Position numbers and translations under genes: made by a program
Assembly: GCF_001194135.2 (NCBI RefSeq)
Contig: NC_068991.1
Coordinates: 41,823,389-41,887,138, forward strand
DNA from: Octopus bimaculoides
Taxonomy: Eukaryota
Direction of reading: 5' to 3'
Length of the DNA: 63,750 nucleotides
Notes under the pieces: model-generated
Databases searched by the model: none
Told to the model about the DNA's origin: nothing
What the model saw: the letters and a program-made list of their open reading frames with translations, nothing else
In this document: one piece after another, positions 63,493-63,750 of the stretch
How positions within the stretch are numbered: position 1 is the first letter of the stretch
Layout: each line of letters begins with the position of its first letter

Positions 63493-63718
63493 GTGAGAGA
63501 GGAATTCCAATACTGAGCGTAGAAAAAATGAAAAAGTATTTTCGTTGGAATAAAATCAGGATTGATGACAAAGTCAAAACACTGTGATAAAGAGTTTTCT
63601 TCTCACTCAAACAGCTGGAATTTAAATGTAACACCTCCAGACTTCAGCCAGCGAACATGCTATATGTGTGAATGTTTCATATACTTATGTACATACATAT
63701 TTATATATACACATGCGC

Positions 63719-63750
<32 letters not shown>

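Overview
AT-rich, microsatellite-dense eukaryotic genomic DNA with many N gaps. The SINE families look like those I recall from octopus, so this is probably an Octopus draft assembly (inference, not verified). No intact protein-coding gene is visible. Nearly all ORFs in the track are microsatellite or N-gap artefacts, or transposon relics. The window is dominated by decayed mobile elements: a Helitron helicase fragment; three L1/Tx1-clade LINEs; at least nine R4/Dong-like restriction-like-endonuclease (RLE) LINE pieces; Penelope (GIY-YIG) fragments; an RTE 3' end with three C2H2 fingers; a deleted mariner; two related MITEs with 8-bp TSDs; and more than 20 tRNA-derived SINEs. The most interesting signals are: (1) a type I hammerhead ribozyme fold at 28366-28494; (2) an apparent partition of microsatellite landing pads, with Dong-like LINEs in (TAA)n, another RLE lineage in (TACA)n, and Tx1 plus SINE trains in (ATT)n; (3) a twin-priming-style 5' inversion in an RLE LINE; (4) a non-coding, hairpin-rich element inserted in (TAA)n; (5) a ~365-bp inverted repeat pair; (6) a fixed-length but highly diverged 29-bp array; and (7) a speculative, phase-compatible chain of plus-strand micro-exons. 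All alignments and translations were done by eye, and element boundaries are approximate unless a TSD is cited.
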